From positions 1 through 60,397 of the forward strand of contig CAZCRG010000001.1 in assembly GCA_964501105.1 (NCBI GenBank): a stretch of 60,397 nucleotides of DNA, read 5' to 3'. Each line of letters starts with the position of its first letter. Position 1 is the first letter of the stretch. The notes beneath the pieces are model-generated. The model saw only the letters and a program-made list of their open reading frames with translations, searched no databases and was not told where the DNA came from. Shown here in pieces: positions 58,049 through 60,397 of the stretch. A program made the position numbers and the translations under genes. This DNA comes from Candidatus Hydrothermarchaeota archaeon. GTDB lineage: Archaea; Hydrothermarchaeota; Hydrothermarchaeia; Hydrothermarchaeales; BMS3B.

Positions 58049-58303
58049 TGGCAAGGTTTTCGTTCTTATCCACAGTATTACTGAGAAGTAGAAGGTCAGA
58101 ATCAAAGGTGCATTCCTGAAGCAAACTGGATTATTCTTTACAGACAGAACTGCTATATTGCCTGGCTGTATAATCCACACAGAATTAGAGTGGTCAAAGT
58201 TATCACATCTCAAGTCATACAGGATTTTAACAGGTCTAACCAGTATTGCCCATACAACATATTTCTCAAAGTGGCAGATTAAATTAATTCCTGCCCTATA
58301 CAC
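57998..58303 (-). CDS. Hypothetical protein
   Basis: 101-aa ORF starting 2 nt after the stop of the upstream ORF. Its 3' end overlaps the convergent KaiC-like gene by 51 nt. No motif was recognised. Confidence 0.3.
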   Translation of the reverse strand: MYRAGINLICHFEKYVVWAILVRPVKILYDLRCDNFDHSNSVWIIQPGNIAVLSVKNNPVCFRNAPLILTFYFSVILWIRTKTLPLIFLAVETFTGIYFYS

Positions 58304-58305
58304 TT

Positions 58306-58785
58306 TCAGTATTGTTGTGCATTCCCTCCAGTAACTGGCCTGGGGCTAAAGGCAAAAGGCGGAATTGGTGGAGGGAGCCTCGCCTTTTCAGCAATAATTC
58401 CTATGACTGGCAGCACAGCCAGAGATATATTTGTCTCTATAGCCACTCTAACGTCAAGAGGCAGCATATTATATTCCTGGTAGCTCCAGATGTCAAAAAT
58501 TTTCTGTATTTCATCAGTACTTTCATGGCTGACAAGCACCATAATACTGCAGTCGATAGTCCCTATCTCCTTTCTTCTGCCACCCTCCTCCTCATAGTAT
58601 CCAATAGAAATTCTATGTCTACTGCGAATTGAGTTAAGATTGTAAAGTTCAGGTGGCTGAGTTGTATGGTTAATGTCGATTCTGATATCACGCATTGTAG
58701 TTCTAATATCAGGAATTTCAATACTGGTACTTATTTCAAGCTTTTTTACAAGTATCTCTATACGCATTCTCACAACTCCCTGCAC
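58306..58785 (-). CDS. Hypothetical protein downstream of the type IV ATPase
   Basis: 159-aa ORF with one hydrophobic segment (ISLAVLPVIGIIA) and a Pro-rich C-terminus. The start may be the internal Met at 58767. Confidence 0.4.
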   Translation of the reverse strand: MQGVVRMRIEILVKKLEISTSIEIPDIRTTMRDIRIDINHTTQPPELYNLNSIRSRHRISIGYYEEEGGRRKEIGTIDCSIMVLVSHESTDEIQKIFDIWSYQEYNMLPLDVRVAIETNISLAVLPVIGIIAEKARLPPPIPPFAFSPRPVTGGNAQQY

Positions 58786-58917
58786 GACCCATAACTCTAT
58801 CCAGTATCAATTTTATTTTTCCTGCTGTAAAGATTCTTATGTAAAAGCTGCAAACACAACCTATTTCCATGGTTTCCTCTCAGACAATAACAATCAATGC
58901 TAAATATCCCAATTTAC

Positions 58918-60384
58918 TTAACCCTTTAGTAATCTCTCCACTTCACCCATAGTTTCATCAGGATTTCTGTAATATTTTTTAATCCATTGATAAACTTCTT
59001 CAAACTTGTATATATCCTTGTATATCAGGAAATCAAGAAGAAGTTTTCTTCTTTCCTTCTCATTTATTAACTCTGAAGAAGGCATTGCAGTCTTTTCTGA
59101 AAGTTTTCTGTACAACACAGGTGGAGTTCCTGTCGGTACAACCTCATCCCTCTCTGGATCATACTCATAAATTTTATTCAGGAGTACTCTGTCCATCTCA
59201 ATACCTGCTACCTCTGCCACTTCACTTATCCTTCTCAGAGTTTTTCCTTTCATAGTTATTCTATTTTGCATTACAATAATATCGAGGGCTGGAATCATAA
59301 TATAGGGAACATTCATTGGTGGGTTTGTTAGTCTTGTTATGGTCTCCATGGCAGTATTGGCATGTAATGTGCCCATACAACCTTCATGTCCTGTATTCAT
59401 GGCAGTGAAAAGAGTGCTTGCCTCTTCACCTCTAACCTCACCCAGGATTATCCTGTCTGGACGCATCCTCAGGGTATTAATAAGAAGTTGATTAAAATCA
59501 ACTCCACCTTTTCCTTCTGGATTTGGTAGCCTTGTCTCAAGCCTTACCTTATGTTTAACTGGAAGCTGAAGCTCTGCAGTATCCTCAATTGTAATTACTC
59601 TATCTTCCGGAGGAATAAAAGAGCACAGCACATTTAGTGTGGTGGTCTTACCCGAGCCTGTGCCACCGGCAATAAGTACATTTGCTGCTTTTGTTCCAAG
59701 TCCATCAACAGCCAGCCATAAAAAGGCTGCCAGCTCTGAGCTAAGAGTCCTGAATTTTAAAAGATTTACTATTGAAAAAGCTTCTTTTTTAAATTTTCTT
59801 ATAGTTATTGTGGGGCCATCAAGGGATGGGGGAGTAAGTGTGGCATTTACTCTTGAACCATCACTGAGCCTTGCATCAAGAAGAGGATTTGCCATATCAA
59901 TTGTTCTACCACAACTTCTGGCAATCCTCTCAATAACCTTCACAATCTCTTCCCTGTTTCTATAGACCAGGTTGCTCTCACACATCCCATATTTCCTGTG
60001 AACCACAAAAACTGGTAATTTTTCACCAATAACCATTATCTCTTCAAGATCATCATTCTCAAGAAGAAGGTCAAGATAACCATAACCATGCATCTCCCTG
60101 AGGATATAATCCACTATTACCTCTGCCTTTTCTTTATCTATATTAACATTGTATCTGCCAAGCTCAAGTTCATCTACAATTAAACTTAAAATTATATTTC
60201 TTTCTTCCTCACCGCCAATCCTTCCATTCAACTCTGAAGAAAACTGCTTTATTGCTTTATTTTTAATAATATCTATAAAAATTTCCTCTTCTTTTGAAAA
60301 ATCTGGTATATCTATGAGTAACTTCTTACCTTCCTCATCTTCAACTACTTTGTAACCCTGAGCCTCATAGAGTATATTCATCAA
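58918..60384 (-). CDS. Type II/IV secretion-family ATPase (FlaI/ArlI/PilB-like)
   Basis: Walker A GGTGSGKTTTLN, Asp box ITIEDTAEL, Walker B RPDRIILGEVRG and His box GTLHANT. Confidence 0.9.
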   Translation of the reverse strand: MMNILYEAQGYKVVEDEEGKKLLIDIPDFSKEEEIFIDIIKNKAIKQFSSELNGRIGGEEERNIILSLIVDELELGRYNVNIDKEKAEVIVDYILREMHGYGYLDLLLENDDLEEIMVIGEKLPVFVVHRKYGMCESNLVYRNREEIVKVIERIARSCGRTIDMANPLLDARLSDGSRVNATLTPPSLDGPTITIRKFKKEAFSIVNLLKFRTLSSELAAFLWLAVDGLGTKAANVLIAGGTGSGKTTTLNVLCSFIPPEDRVITIEDTAELQLPVKHKVRLETRLPNPEGKGGVDFNQLLINTLRMRPDRIILGEVRGEEASTLFTAMNTGHEGCMGTLHANTAMETITRLTNPPMNVPYIMIPALDIIVMQNRITMKGKTLRRISEVAEVAGIEMDRVLLNKIYEYDPERDEVVPTGTPPVLYRKLSEKTAMPSSELINEKERRKLLLDFLIYKDIYKFEEVYQWIKKYYRNPDETMGEVERLLKG

Positions 60385-60397
60385 GTTAATATTATAA

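Overview
This 60.4-kb window is a chromosomal segment from an archaeon of euryarchaeote type. I read everything by eye from the sequence and the ORF track, so all family assignments are motif or recollection based and none was searched against a database.

Evidence for the lineage:
- RpoB is split into B'' and B' subunits.
- SepCysS, MptA, stand-alone PHI, PycB and a DsrMK/HdrDE-like pair are present.

Layout:
- Right third, minus strand (41.4-55.0 kb): the conserved transcription/translation supercluster, 5S rRNA, tRNA-Asp, tRNA-Lys, rpoH-rpoB2-rpoB1-rpoA1-rpoA2-rpl30e-nusA-rps12-rps7-fusA-tuf-rps10.
- Middle: housekeeping genes including srp54, dapAB, sppA, pycB, smc-scpA, radB, dcd and tRNA-Ser.
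- Far right (55.1-60.4 kb): a roadblock/LC7 operon, a single-domain KaiC-like ATPase and a FlaI/PilB-type ATPase followed by orphan ORFs.
- Far left (1-2.5 kb): an AT-rich block with atypical codon usage, encoding three small membrane proteins and a UbiA prenyltransferase.

Best candidate for an undescribed system: a seven-gene, almost fully overlapping operon at 8453-13527 on the minus strand. It runs ThrC-like PLP enzyme, GG-terminated MoaD/ThiS-like carrier, YkgJ Cys-cluster protein, ThiF/MoeB E1-like enzyme, TusA-like protein, Cys-rich DUF169 protein, SepCysS. I read this as a protein-thiocarboxylate/persulfide sulfur relay physically coupled to tRNA-dependent cysteine synthesis.

Other observations:
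- An rps17e gene absent from the ORF track, apparently starting at ATA.
- Two perfect 21-bp palindromes in promoter regions.
- An Lrp/AsnC regulator fused to a Cys-rich tail next to DsrMK-like genes.
- A 344-bp unexplained noncoding stretch.

I saw no CRISPR array, transposase or integrase.
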